A stretch of 32,000 nt of DNA from Wallemia ichthyophaga EXF-994 (taxonomy: Eukaryota > Fungi > Basidiomycota), in contig NW_008806282.1 of the NCBI RefSeq assembly GCF_000400465.1, positions 120,001 to 152,000 on the forward strand, in the 5' to 3' direction. How positions within the stretch are numbered: position 1 is the first letter of the stretch; each line of letters opens with the position of its first letter. The notes beneath the pieces are model-generated. The model had not been told where the DNA came from. It ran no database searches and saw only the letters and a list, made by a program, of their open reading frames with translations. The position numbers and the translations under genes are program-made. Positions 1-10,363 of the stretch are shown here, piece by piece.

Positions 1-631
1 CTGTTTCGCATCATCGGGGTAGCCTGTGTGTGGGTTAGATGGACGCAAGTAACATGACCACTACCAGCCTTTTGGATTATCAATGTGTTCTGTGGGGAGA
101 TAAACGCCTAAGCGCTCATCGGTCACTTCAAACTCTTCCGTCGCGTAACCGAAAGCCAAGAAGGACATGACCATGACGATGTTGAGGATTGTCTGCTTAT
201 TTATCTTGGACAAAGCAGCTGTGTCATTCGCTTGTGAATAATCGCGGAGAAAATCGTAGAAGTAGATGCGCTTGACATCAAGGCTCGTGAATTTGGTACG
301 CGTCACAGCGGATAGAATACCGCTACCAGACTTCTTATAAAGATCTGCGAGTGCATCCATAATATCACCATGCCGGAATTTCTTTCTGAATTACCTGAGC
401 AACAGTTTGACTTATCGGAGTAGGTACTTACCCCTGCTTAACCTGAGCATCGGTTTGACGTATCGGGGTAGATACTTACCTCTATACTAGCGTATGAAGG
501 ACTGATAGCTGTGAGATTTCCGAGATTTCCGAGTCTGATGACTAGTCCACGTACATATTACCAGCACCAAATGCACTGGCTGTAGTTAACAACACGGCCA
601 CGATCAAGAGCAGAATAACGCCATTTCTCAT
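1..631 (-). CDS. HET-C (heterokaryon incompatibility C) domain protein with signal peptide; 5' part only, continues beyond window start
   Basis: Manual splicing with exons 631-555, 501-480, 433-432, 385-69 and 23-1 gives MRNGVILLLIVAVLLTTASAFGAGNIPSYASIEGKKFRHGDIMD...KRIYF..LRDYSQA...SFLAFGYATEEFEVTDERLGVYLPTEHIDNPKGYPDDAKQ. This matches the HET-C N-terminal signature (AFGAGNI...RHGDI...LRDYSQA...FGYAT.EFEVT.ERLG.Y.P.EHIDNPK). Confidence 0.9.
386..479 (-). repeat. Tandem pair of 46-nt introns (479-434 and 431-386), 38/46 identical, separated by GG
   Basis: Direct alignment of gtaagtatctaccccgatacgtcaaaccgatgctcaggttaagcag with gtaagtacctactccgataagtcaaactgttgctcaggtaattcag. Confidence 0.9.
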
Positions 632-2021
632 TTTGACTGTCAGTGACAGAGTGAGTGCAATAACCTCAGTGTCATCGACGTACAAAATGGAAAAAATAAA
701 AATCAAGATATACAATTCGTTATAAATCAGCATTGAAACAAATGCAGTCGAGCATTGGCCGTAGCTTCCTTGGATTTCTTTGATGGACCAACGTCATTAT
801 CTGTCCAAGGGCGCTTCCTTAGCTCTTTATCTCCGCAACTGTTGCAGCGAGTGTAATTTCCATTACCATACAAAGTGCGCTCAGCTATGTTGTTATTCTT
901 ACAATCAAGATTTGCTTTGTTATGATGTGTTGATTGGTGTGTCTTGGTTTTATGTTGATATTGAAGTGAAATTAATTTGAATATGATTGCGAGAAAGACG
1001 CCGTTCAATACCCACTTTTAAGTACTGGATATGATTTGGTACACTTGATAAACCCAAAATAATCACCCCCAACGAGGCGGACGTTACACGATGGACTGAG
1101 ACATAGTCGAAAACATACGCATATGCACAAACACAAACAGCCACTGGCACAATGACTGGGAGTGCTGACAAGCTCTTTGCTTCAACAAAGCTAAATCGAA
1201 GATGTATCTATGTCGATCTAATGCAGTATGACCTTACCAAAACCAATGAACTGTTTCTGCATGTGATTATAAAGCACAAGATCCATCCTGTTGCCGAGAG
1301 AGCAGTTGTGTTGTTCAGCTTTTGCTAAATCCAACTCAATACGACATCATCTTTTCCGCCGTGATAACAGCACTTTGAGAACATCTTAAGCCTCGCATTA
1401 TTCAAGGTATGGATCGTTTACTGGTAGCCCGTTGCTCTAGACCTTCTTGCCAATTAACAGCCTGCAGAGAGCTGGAATAGTTATGTGTATTGCTATCTTG
1501 GGATATATATATCTGGGCTATTTCCGCTTTACAGAATGCTGCTTGGCGTGTACGAGTAAGCCAAGTCAGAACACCACAGTAAACCGCGAAAGAAATGGAA
1601 TATTGAATTCGAGTGAAACATCACATTTTGTGATCCAATTTATTATATAAACCATTCAACGCCCCTATTCAATCGAAGCATGCCGCCTCGACCAAGCCGC
1701 TAGGCTATCCATGAGCAGATGTGTGGCGGTCCAAACAGCCAACTTTCGGAGAAAATACCCGAGCTTCACGTACTTTAGCCACCCAGCTCCGCTCTGGAAA
1801 ATTTACCATTTCACTTTCTGCAGTCACAGAGAAGATGATTGCACTTAGAATAGTATTCGGATCAAAGTTCTATCAATGAATTATTGAAAGATGCTTATAA
1901 TGTGTGAAGAGAAAAGACACATGGAACATTGTGTATGATCAGCTTCGAGCCATTACTCAGTACGATATTTTTCATGAAAGACATAGTCGCATACGTAAAC
2001 ATACATTCGTATAAATTCACA

Positions 2022-2771
2022 TTAGATGGCGTTCTTGAAGAACGTCGTAAGGCGCTCGTAAGCTTCGACGTACACCTTCTTAGCCTCCTCATCCTGGAGG
2101 TTACATCTAGCAGCAGCAAAGCCGTGAATTGCCTTCTCAGTGTTAAAGTGATGGTACGCATTTTTCTCCTTAAATTCGTTTGACGAGAGGATATCAATAA
2201 CCTTCTTCACTTCACTTCCATCCTCGTCTTTTGATGGGAAGAATCCAATTGGTGTTTTCACCTTCTCCACCACGCCAGCATCCAGCATGGCTGGGTGGAG
2301 AACAGCAACAGCGTCAAACAGCTTAGCATCTTGTGTAGCTGCGTTGAGTGCGATGGCTGCACCCCAGCAGAAGCCAACAAGACCAACCTTGTCATGTTTA
2401 GCACGCAACTCACCGCTAATGTTGATCAACTCAGGGATACGTGCTGGTGGTGCAGCCACAGTGGAAAAGAATTTGCCGAGCTCAGACTGATCGGCTTCAT
2501 TTCCCGGAGGAAACTTCTCTAAAGGGAAAGGTTTACCGCGGAAGAAGTCAGGAAGAACAACTCGATATCCCTTGTCTGCTAATATATCTGCACCTTGCAG
2601 CGTCTGATTAAAGTAGCCAAAGATATCGTATATTCCAACTAGCACAGTCTTTGAGTCTGCTGGACCGGTAACGTAGGCCTTGTTGAAGTAGCCAACCTTC
2701 TCGTATTGGCCTTTTGGTTGGTAGTTTGTTTGATCGATTACGGGTGGGATTGAACAGCAAGCAGCAGACAT
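2022..2771 (-). CDS. Dienelactone hydrolase family alpha/beta hydrolase, 249 aa, intronless
   Basis: N-terminal MSAACCSIPPV typical of fungal DLH; DIFG motif; nucleophile elbow GFCWGA (G-x-C-x-G); HP motif; catalytic His in HGFAAAR. Confidence 0.9.
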   Translation of the reverse strand: MSAACCSIPPVIDQTNYQPKGQYEKVGYFNKAYVTGPADSKTVLVGIYDIFGYFNQTLQGADILADKGYRVVLPDFFRGKPFPLEKFPPGNEADQSELGKFFSTVAAPPARIPELINISGELRAKHDKVGLVGFCWGAAIALNAATQDAKLFDAVAVLHPAMLDAGVVEKVKTPIGFFPSKDEDGSEVKKVIDILSSNEFKEKNAYHHFNTEKAIHGFAAARCNLQDEEAKKVYVEAYERLTTFFKNAI

Positions 2772-3040
2772 CTTGGTGGTGTGGGATGAAGGATGTGGAT
2801 AAGACTGAGTGATGTCATATTAGATTTGAAGCAGCGGCTGTTTCTTTTCAGTTGCTGATATTCGATTTTTGCTCATCTAGATTTCATTTCATGACAATTT
2901 TGGGATTAGTCCTTGCTGCCCTGTAAAACTCAGTTGAGGAATGACCTTTAAACATTCCTGAATATCGCGAATGCCGCAAATTCCGTAAGGCTAATGCTTT
3001 TCATCTGGTTAATCCTTAGACTTGTATAAACCCGAAACAA

Positions 3041-5261
3041 ATGTCAATTGCAGCTGCGAGATTACCACTGGATTTAGAGCTCCCCAGTGAGAAAATTCAT
3101 ACAACACACATCACAGAAAAGTCGCAGAAGCTGCAGAAGCACGACAGTGCATCTACACTCAGCCTCCCTCTCCACGACTCTGTTGAAGTTCAAGAAAATG
3201 TTGAGACAATCCAAGTAGAAGCCGATACTAACCACATGAACAGGCTCACTGTCGACATTGACGCGACTAGGAACGTTTCAGCATCTCCCTCAGGCACATA
3301 CAATGAGAATAAACGCTCATTTGCACCCAGCCCTGCGAGCGAACAGAACAACGTCGAGGAAGTTGGTCTGTTTCAGAAGTCTTACTATCCTAACTTTATA
3401 CATGCATTGAGAGACTCAAAGTCTACTAGCAGCGGCAGGACTATTATTCTTTGCCTGGATGGTACTGGGGACCAGTTTGATGGCGATAACTCTAACGTCG
3501 TGCGTTTTTTCAGATGCTTGAAGAAGGATGAGCCATCGAAGCAATTAGTCTATTACCAGGCTGGATTGGGTACTTATGTACGCGTTCATAGGCTTCTAGT
3601 CAAGACATTACTGACTCATGTCACAGACCACTACGCGCTCTGCGAACCCAATCACTACCAGGTTGTCAGCAATTGGTGATGTGACTATTGGTGAGTTCTG
3701 TTTTGCCAAGTTGGGTTACTGCTCACACTCAACCAGGCTCCGGGCTCGGTCATCACATTGTAAGACACTCAAATTACGTAAAAAAGAGCGCTAACAGCGA
3801 AATAGCGCGACGCCTATGCATTTTTAATGGAGAATTATACCAAAGGCGACAAGATATGCATGGTCGGTTTCTCTCGTGGTGCGTACTCAGCTCGTGGTTT
3901 AGCCGGAATGCTTCAGAAGGTGGGATTGGTGTTTTACTCCGAATGAGCTGACTTCTTGACAAAGGTTGGACTCCTTCCCAAGGGAAATAGAGAGCAGGTG
4001 GGATTTGATTGATTGATTGATTGATTGGTTGGTTGATTGGTATTAGGTGGGATTTGCATACCACATGTTCAAAGACAACTCAGATGAAGGCTGGAAGATG
4101 AGTCAGCTCTTCAAAGAGACCTTCTCAATCAAAGTGAATATCCACTGGATAGGCGCATGGGACTCAGTGTCGTCTATCGGGTTCATTCCGCGTGATCTAC
4201 CCTTCCACAAATCGAACAATGCCGTGAAAAATTTTACGCATGCAGTAGCACTCGATGAGCACCGCGCCAAATTTAAGGCAGGTCACTGGACGCGCTCTGA
4301 TGAAATGGAGGTACGCATAGGTCCATGGCAGCGTCGAAAGGAGGAATTGAAACCTAAATTCGGAGACATAAACGAGATCGAGGAGGACGATGTTATACAG
4401 GAGCAGAAAGACACAGAAGAAGATCCCAAAAGGGCGGTAGAGAAGAAGCGCGCTAAAGTGATGAAAAACATCAAGGAAATACGTAAACGTACACAGAAAT
4501 CTAGTGGTGAGGATGATACCAGTGTAGATGCATTCAATCCGGAGATTCAGGCGCAATTTGAGATGCTGTTCGAGCTTCAGGATAAGGAAGATCTCAGCGA
4601 GACTAAAGTAAAAGAGGTGTTTTTTACAGGTTGCCATGCAGATGTTGGGGGAGGGTAAATAAAACTGGACGCATCATGGTAACTTTTCCACTAACGTCAT
4701 GATAGGGCCGTTGCCAACCATACTAGACATTCTTTGGCTCGTATACCACTCAGGTTCATGCTAAGACAAGCCTTCAAGGCTGACACAGGGCTCTTGTTTT
4801 CGACAGATCTTCTCGACTATTACGGCCTCGACCTCAACACATTGTACCCATACGTCACTCGCCGCCCTCCGGCGGCTGAGGGGGCTCCAGAAGGCTTTCC
4901 GGAGCTTCCTCAACAAGATAACCCCCGCAGAGTGTTTCCAGAAGCTGTCGAAGATTACTACGATGCGTGAGTGCTTTTAGTTAGCTTGGATGATGCTAAA
5001 AGTCTCAGGCTATGCCCTTATCATGATTACCTCAATTTGTCAAAAGGCTGGTGGGTCCTCGAGCTTTGGCCGCTAAGAGAGATCTACCAAGATGGTCACG
5101 GCAAGTATAGAAAGCGTCTTGCGCCAAACCTTGGCCATCACCGCGCCATAAGAGGTACTAACAACAAGTTCCACCGCTCAGTGGCTATTCGCCAGAAACA
5201 GATTGGATATGATATTAAAGCGCGCATGGTTGACTCGCCTACTGCTCACTGGGTAGGCTGA
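3041..5261 (+). CDS. DUF2235 (Tle1-like, YEL023C-like) alpha/beta-hydrolase domain protein, multi-exon
   Basis: Motifs RTIILCLDGTGDQFDGDNSNVV, YYQAGLGTY, MVGFSRGAYSARGLAGML (G-x-S-x-G), IGAWDSVSSIG, HAVALDEHRAKF, EVFFTGCHADVGGG and LARIPLRFM, joined by GT-AG introns such as 3998-4046. Confidence 0.9.
4003..4040 (+). repeat. (GATT)n/(GGTT)n microsatellite making up most of intron 3998-4046
   Basis: Sequence atttgattgattgattgattgattggttggttgattgg read directly. Confidence 0.95.
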
Positions 5262-5538
5262 GACGCGCTTTAGTCACACCGAACCATATCACCACGCTCA
5301 TTCACTTAATTGTTCTCACGCTTCGCTCAAATATTTGCAAACACGTACGCAACGAATACAATGTTAATACACTCCTTAAATCCTAGTACACTTATTACAT
5401 TACTTTATTTGAAAATCCAATTCTTTTGCTCCTAATGCTCCTGCCATACATGAATATTCACTTATTAACTTGCTTAGCATAGCCTGGGCTTCTCGAAAAT
5501 TCAATTCTACCGGTAATGCAACATCTATTGCGTGACGT

Positions 5539-5546
5539 TGACGTCA
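5539..5546. promoter_or_regulatory. Palindromic CRE-like site TGACGTCA (ATF/CREB-type bZIP)
   Basis: Perfect palindrome in the long intergenic region upstream of the amino-acid permease; a single site could be chance. Confidence 0.3.
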
Positions 5547-5783
5547 TCCTAGATAGCTACAGAAATGGGATTTGCTGAGATTTTGAACGTATATCCAGGC
5601 TCCTCAAATGATATTTATTACTGATATACGTCTTCAGGTTGTCACACAACTCACAATAATATCAACTGCTTCCGGTTTTGGATTGCCAGGTCATGCGAAG
5701 GTACCAACTGATAAAAGTGGATAGAGCATCCAATTATTATTTAATGATTCTTTGAAACCCGCTTGTGTAGCTTATGTGGGGCC

Positions 5784-5841
5784 GATAAGTGAGATTGTCT
5801 GCAGGCAATCATGAGTCATTCTGCCACTTGCAGATGACTCA
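5784..5841. promoter_or_regulatory. GATAAG plus two Gcn4/Cpc1-type elements (ATGAGTCAT 5811-5819, ATGACTCA 5834-5841)
   Basis: Exact consensus matches clustered within 58 bp, about 730 bp upstream of an amino-acid permease ATG. Confidence 0.55.
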
Positions 5842-6563
5842 GAGAAGGATGTCTGGATGTCTATTGGAGGATGTTCTGGAGCACGAATCACATCAAAACC
5901 ATAGGCTGGCTCATCCGAGTAATCCGTGAATGACAGAAGTTACTATTACCACGGTCATGGCGCAATACTGCAGGATAATCAAGGCAAATGCACTTGTATT
6001 GATGTCTGTTTACATTTAGGAATCCCGCATTGCACCCTTGAGCACGCAATTCATGCGCCATTCACACCATAGGTTTATCCAGGATTTTCAAATGCGGCAT
6101 TTCAGGCCAAAAAAACGTATAGGCATAGGTTTTAGATGGCGAATTATCCACGTAATTAGCAAACTACATTAAGGTTAGCATGCATTTGATTACGGCGATA
6201 ATGGTGAAGATTTTAACCGCATTAGATCAAATTCCAAAAGGAGGATTATAGTGATGATATTCAGGGATTATATATGTAAATAGGCTTATATGAAATAAAA
6301 AGCAATTTTTTAAATGGAAATGGGTGCGATCACATTGTACGGCTCTGAAGACGTGGAGTTGACAGATTGTTCACAACTTCCATCATCAGCGCACCGGGCA
6401 AAGCACTGTTAATTTACAAAGCTCAAAATTCAGCAAAATATTCAAATTGATCAAATTAATTCCTTCCAATTTAGGAATTTTGCGCCGAATCCATTAGCGT
6501 ATCCAACATCACAATACGCAACGACACGAACAACACAGTCAACACAATTAAAATTTCTTAATC

Positions 6564-8082
6564 ATGGGATTTTTCGAGAAGAAAGATGCTTTGGATGTAG
6601 AGTCAGCAGCACATAAGCTTGATTCTGATAGCAACCTCGAATCCTCCATTAAAGAGAAGTCTCTTTCTTGGCAACAAGCAAGTTTTTTACTTTTGCTTGA
6701 ATACATCGTCATCGCATTGCTAGCGCTGCCTTCCTCATGGGCTAGTCTTGGCTATGGTGGTGGTACCATTGCAACCATCATCCTTGGTCTCACTGCCGGA
6801 TATACTCAACACGTCTTATGGCGCTTCTGCCTCAAGTTTCCAGAAGTACGCGATATTCTTGACGTGGCTGTTATTCTCGTTGGTGGTGGTGCGTCTTATT
6901 TTTTTATCATCAATTATGAGCTAATGTGACAATATCAGGTAAATGGGGTAAAGTGGCGTGGACGTGCGCATTTATCGGATTAGTACTGAATAACGTTGCT
7001 ATTATGGGATTGCATATTGTCCAATTCAGCCTTAGTATCAACACTCTCTCCGACGGTGCGAGATGCACGCAGGTGTTCGCCGTTTGTGGCACCCTCCTCA
7101 TGCTGCTCATTTCCCTCTTCAGAGAATTGAAGCACATGTCTCTTCTCGGGGCTGTAGCTTCCGGAAGTATGCTCGGCTGCATTATACTCGCAATGATCTT
7201 CTCAGGCGTGCAGGATCTCCCCCCCAACCACTCAGGCGGGCCAATCATCGTCGAGCCGTGGGCCCGAGAGGGAGTCGGTCTTGTAGACGGCAACAACGCT
7301 GTTCTCAACATCCTCTACACCTACGTTGGTCACATTCTCATACCGACCTTCGTGGCTGATATGAAGTGAGTCGTCATCTCGACTATAAGCCTCCCCCTAA
7401 ACACACCCTAGAAATCCAAAAGACTTTGGTAAAGCCATCTACGTCTCTATCACTGCAGAAATTGTCCTCTTCTCACTTGCGGGTGGTATCATATACTCGC
7501 AGGTCGGTGCGGCGGACATGACAAGTCCTGCATACGGATCACTCCAACCTGCCTTTCAAAAGACCATTGCGGCATTTGTGTTACCAACCGTAACCATTGT
7601 CGGCGGTGTATATTGCCTCGTCACTGCGAAGACTGTCTTTTCGAGAGTATTCGCTTTCAACTCGGTACACAGACGGAGTCATACCGTGAAAGGATGGTCT
7701 GCATGGATAGTCATCATTATTCTGCTGTGGATATTAGCTTACATCATCGGACAAGCAATTCCATTCTTCAACGATCTCATTTCGCTAATTAGGTGGGTTT
7801 AATTGCTTTTAGCGGCCTATGAATCACACTTACACTCATCTCAGCTCGCTGTTTGACAGCTGGTTCGGTTTTGTCTTCTGGGGCATTGGATATTTCTTTA
7901 TCTACCGCCGCAAGTCCTTCAGCGGTTGGGGCATCGTGGAGGCGCCACTCAATATTATCATCACTATCGTCGGATTTGTCCTATTGGGCTTGGGCACTTA
8001 TACTTCCGTAGAATCCATTATAGAGAGCTATGACACCGGCAGCATTAAATCACCTTTCTCATGCGTCGATAATGGCTTTTAA
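6564..8082 (+). CDS. Amino-acid transporter (Aa_trans/AAAP family, Mtr-like neutral amino-acid permease), 4 exons
   Basis: Motifs LSWQQASFLLLLEYIVIALLALP, LGYGGG, YTYVGHILIPTFVADMK|NPKDF, MTSPAYGSL, GQAIPFFNDLISLI|SSLFDSWFGFVFWG; many hydrophobic TM segments; introns near 6890, 7367 and 7791. Confidence 0.9.
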
Positions 8083-8327
8083 GGTGCTTCTAAAAAGCTT
8101 CTCGCGGTTTTGATGACAGATTATACGGAAGATGTTCACTTTTTCTTTACCTTATTACCTTCTTTCTTCTAGGATTTTAGAGACATTTCAACATGCTTAC
8201 GCTTTATGTTTTTACGGATGAATGCTGTCAAAGATATATCTTGTAATTCTACACAAAATAGACATAATATCATATACGGAGTTACATACAATATACAACA
8301 AACGCGAGAGCACCGAAAAAACACTAT

Positions 8328-9872
8328 TCACATAACATATTTGAAATCATAACGTTCATCACCAGTAACGCCATTTCTATCTTGTTCATCTTTTTCCTCC
8401 TGCGTCATGGCTTCCTTGCGTTTGTTCCGTGCTGTGTAGTTGACCCACTGGGCAGCATACAGGACGCATGACATAGCCATCACTGACATACTGACAGCGT
8501 GTCCAATCCTGTTGGTAGTGTAGATTTGGCCTGCAATGATACCACCAATGTTACCAAAACTCTGGTTCATTCCCATTCCAGTTGAGCGCTTAGTTACACC
8601 GCTCGCGTTGGTGTTCCACATTGTTAGATTAAGGCCAACTGTTACGTATATTCCTGTCCCGCAGACAAAGCATGCGAAGTATTGTACACCGACTATATCA
8701 TCAACGCCAAGCAAGATGGCATATCCGGCAACAGTAATAAGAGACGCTGTGATCAGCATCGGTACTCTGTGATTGTAGCGGTCAGCAACCATGGCGCATA
8801 TGACATAAACGATCGCAGCCCAACAATAATTCGCAGCCGAGAGAAGATTGGCATTCACGTAATTGAATCCTAGGTCTTGAATAATTAGCACGAGGAATGT
8901 GGAATATCCAAATAGACAAGTGTCAGCGCCCAGCTGCGCGATGCAAGAGTAGTATACGGCTGGGTCTTTGAGACATTTTTTCACTTCTGTCTTATAATCA
9001 CCCATGAACTGATACTTTGCCCCGTGTGCATACCTCACTTGCATTAGATATTTCTCCCTCTCATTGAGATACCAGGCCGATTGACTATCCTCTGCCAGAA
9101 GGAAGAAGAGCACGATGCCCCAAACGACGGTGAGCAAGCCTTCAAATAGGTAGAGAATCTGCCATCCTTTTAAACCACCACCATTCAATTGTAAAAGTCC
9201 AGAGGAGATAAGGCCACCGAATGCGGAAGAGATGGCTGCTGCGACAAACAACATTGCTGTCCTAAATGCAATCTCGTTTCTTTTGTAAAAAAATGTGATG
9301 TAAATAGCAAGGCAAGGGAAAAGAGCGGCCTCAAAAGCACCTAAAATGAGCCTCAGAGCAACTAGAGTTGCAAAATTTTCCTGAAAACCACTGCCAATGA
9401 CTACAGCGCCCCACAAAATCATTATAGCGCTCATCATATATCTTACCGGAAATCTTTTCATAAGACTTGATAGAGGTGCTTCAAACAGGACGTAGAGTAC
9501 GTAGAACACACTGGTTGCAATGTTAATGCCATTCGAGGGCATGTTGTTCAAGTCTTCTACCATTCCGCCTGAGGCTGCATTTCCAATGTTGCTTCTCTAA
9601 TATGGCGTGAGTGTGAGGTGTCTGAAATAGACAACTACGCACGTCTAAAAAAGATAAGAAGTAGGAGAAGCTAGTAGTAGTCAGATTGTATCTAAAGAAA
9701 TACTCCAAACTCACCCCAAAACAGGACATATGAATAGGTCTAGCTTTCGCACTAGCTTTTTTTCTTCTTTGGGATCAATTTGGACAGTGGAGAGGTCTTC
9801 CTCATGGTCATTGATACGGAAAGACTGGACTGAACCGTTGATTGAATTGTTGTCCTTTTCTTTGTCGTTCAT
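8328..9872 (-). CDS. MFS transporter, Dal5/Tna1-like (anion:cation symporter family), 3 exons
   Basis: Start MNDKEKDN...EEKKLVRKLDLFICPVL, then FSYFLSFLD|RSNIGNA; motifs YVLFEAP, RLILGAFEAALFP, FFYKRNEIAFR, GWQILYLFEG, AWYLNEREK, KRSTGMG, FGNIGGIIAGQIY, ERYDFKYVM. Confidence 0.9.
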
Positions 9873-9911
9873 TTTGTGTTGAGTGTTTTATTGACAATAT
9901 AAATCACGCGA

Positions 9912-10268
9912 GATAAGGAAGTGATAGTAATATATGACCAATTCTTATCTTATCGCTTAGAAGAATGCTGATAGCTAACTTCTGACTTCTGCTGACTTCT
10001 GCTGACTGCTACAAAGACACGAGTCTTCGACCACCTTCGGCTCTACTCCAAGAATTAATAAAACCAGTCTATTTATATCACCGAGCTGCGTGATCTTGTT
10101 CACTGCAGGTTGAAATTTGACAGCTTTATAGTCAGATGACGTCGTCAATTTCGTCTATTGGTTCTTCCCTGCGGAAAATCCGATTGAGATTAGTCTTATG
10201 AATATTTTCAGCTCACGCTTCCTGCAGTGCCCTCCTGACCCAGTCACACCATCGGCTGGGCAGATAAG
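9912..10268. promoter_or_regulatory. Cluster of four GATAAG/CTTATC elements in the divergent MFS/oxoprolinase promoter
   Basis: GATAAG 9912-9917, CTTATC 9944-9949 and 9949-9954, GATAAG 10263-10268; this is the consensus for nitrogen-regulatory GATA factors (AreA/Gln3/Gat1). Confidence 0.6.
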
Positions 10269-10363
10269 ATTCATCTCGGCTAGAGGTTTCGCTTCAAATA
10301 ACCTCTAAGACCTTGCTATCGACTTCGTTTCGTCATACAACCAAACAACCAACCAATAACGAA

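Noticed and set aside
386-479. CRISPR-like or transposon-like interpretation of the 46-nt repeat pair
   Set aside because: Only two copies, no spacer, eukaryotic context, no terminal inverted repeats or transposase; both copies have GT...AG intron ends.
3041-5261. DUF2235 as a bacterial T6SS Tle1 effector or recent horizontal transfer
   Set aside because: Multiple spliceosomal introns, and the family is widespread in fungi.
9982-10010. Short tandem repeat (CTGACTTCTG)x~3 in the MFS/oxoprolinase promoter
   Set aside because: Simple slippage repeat with no evidence of function.
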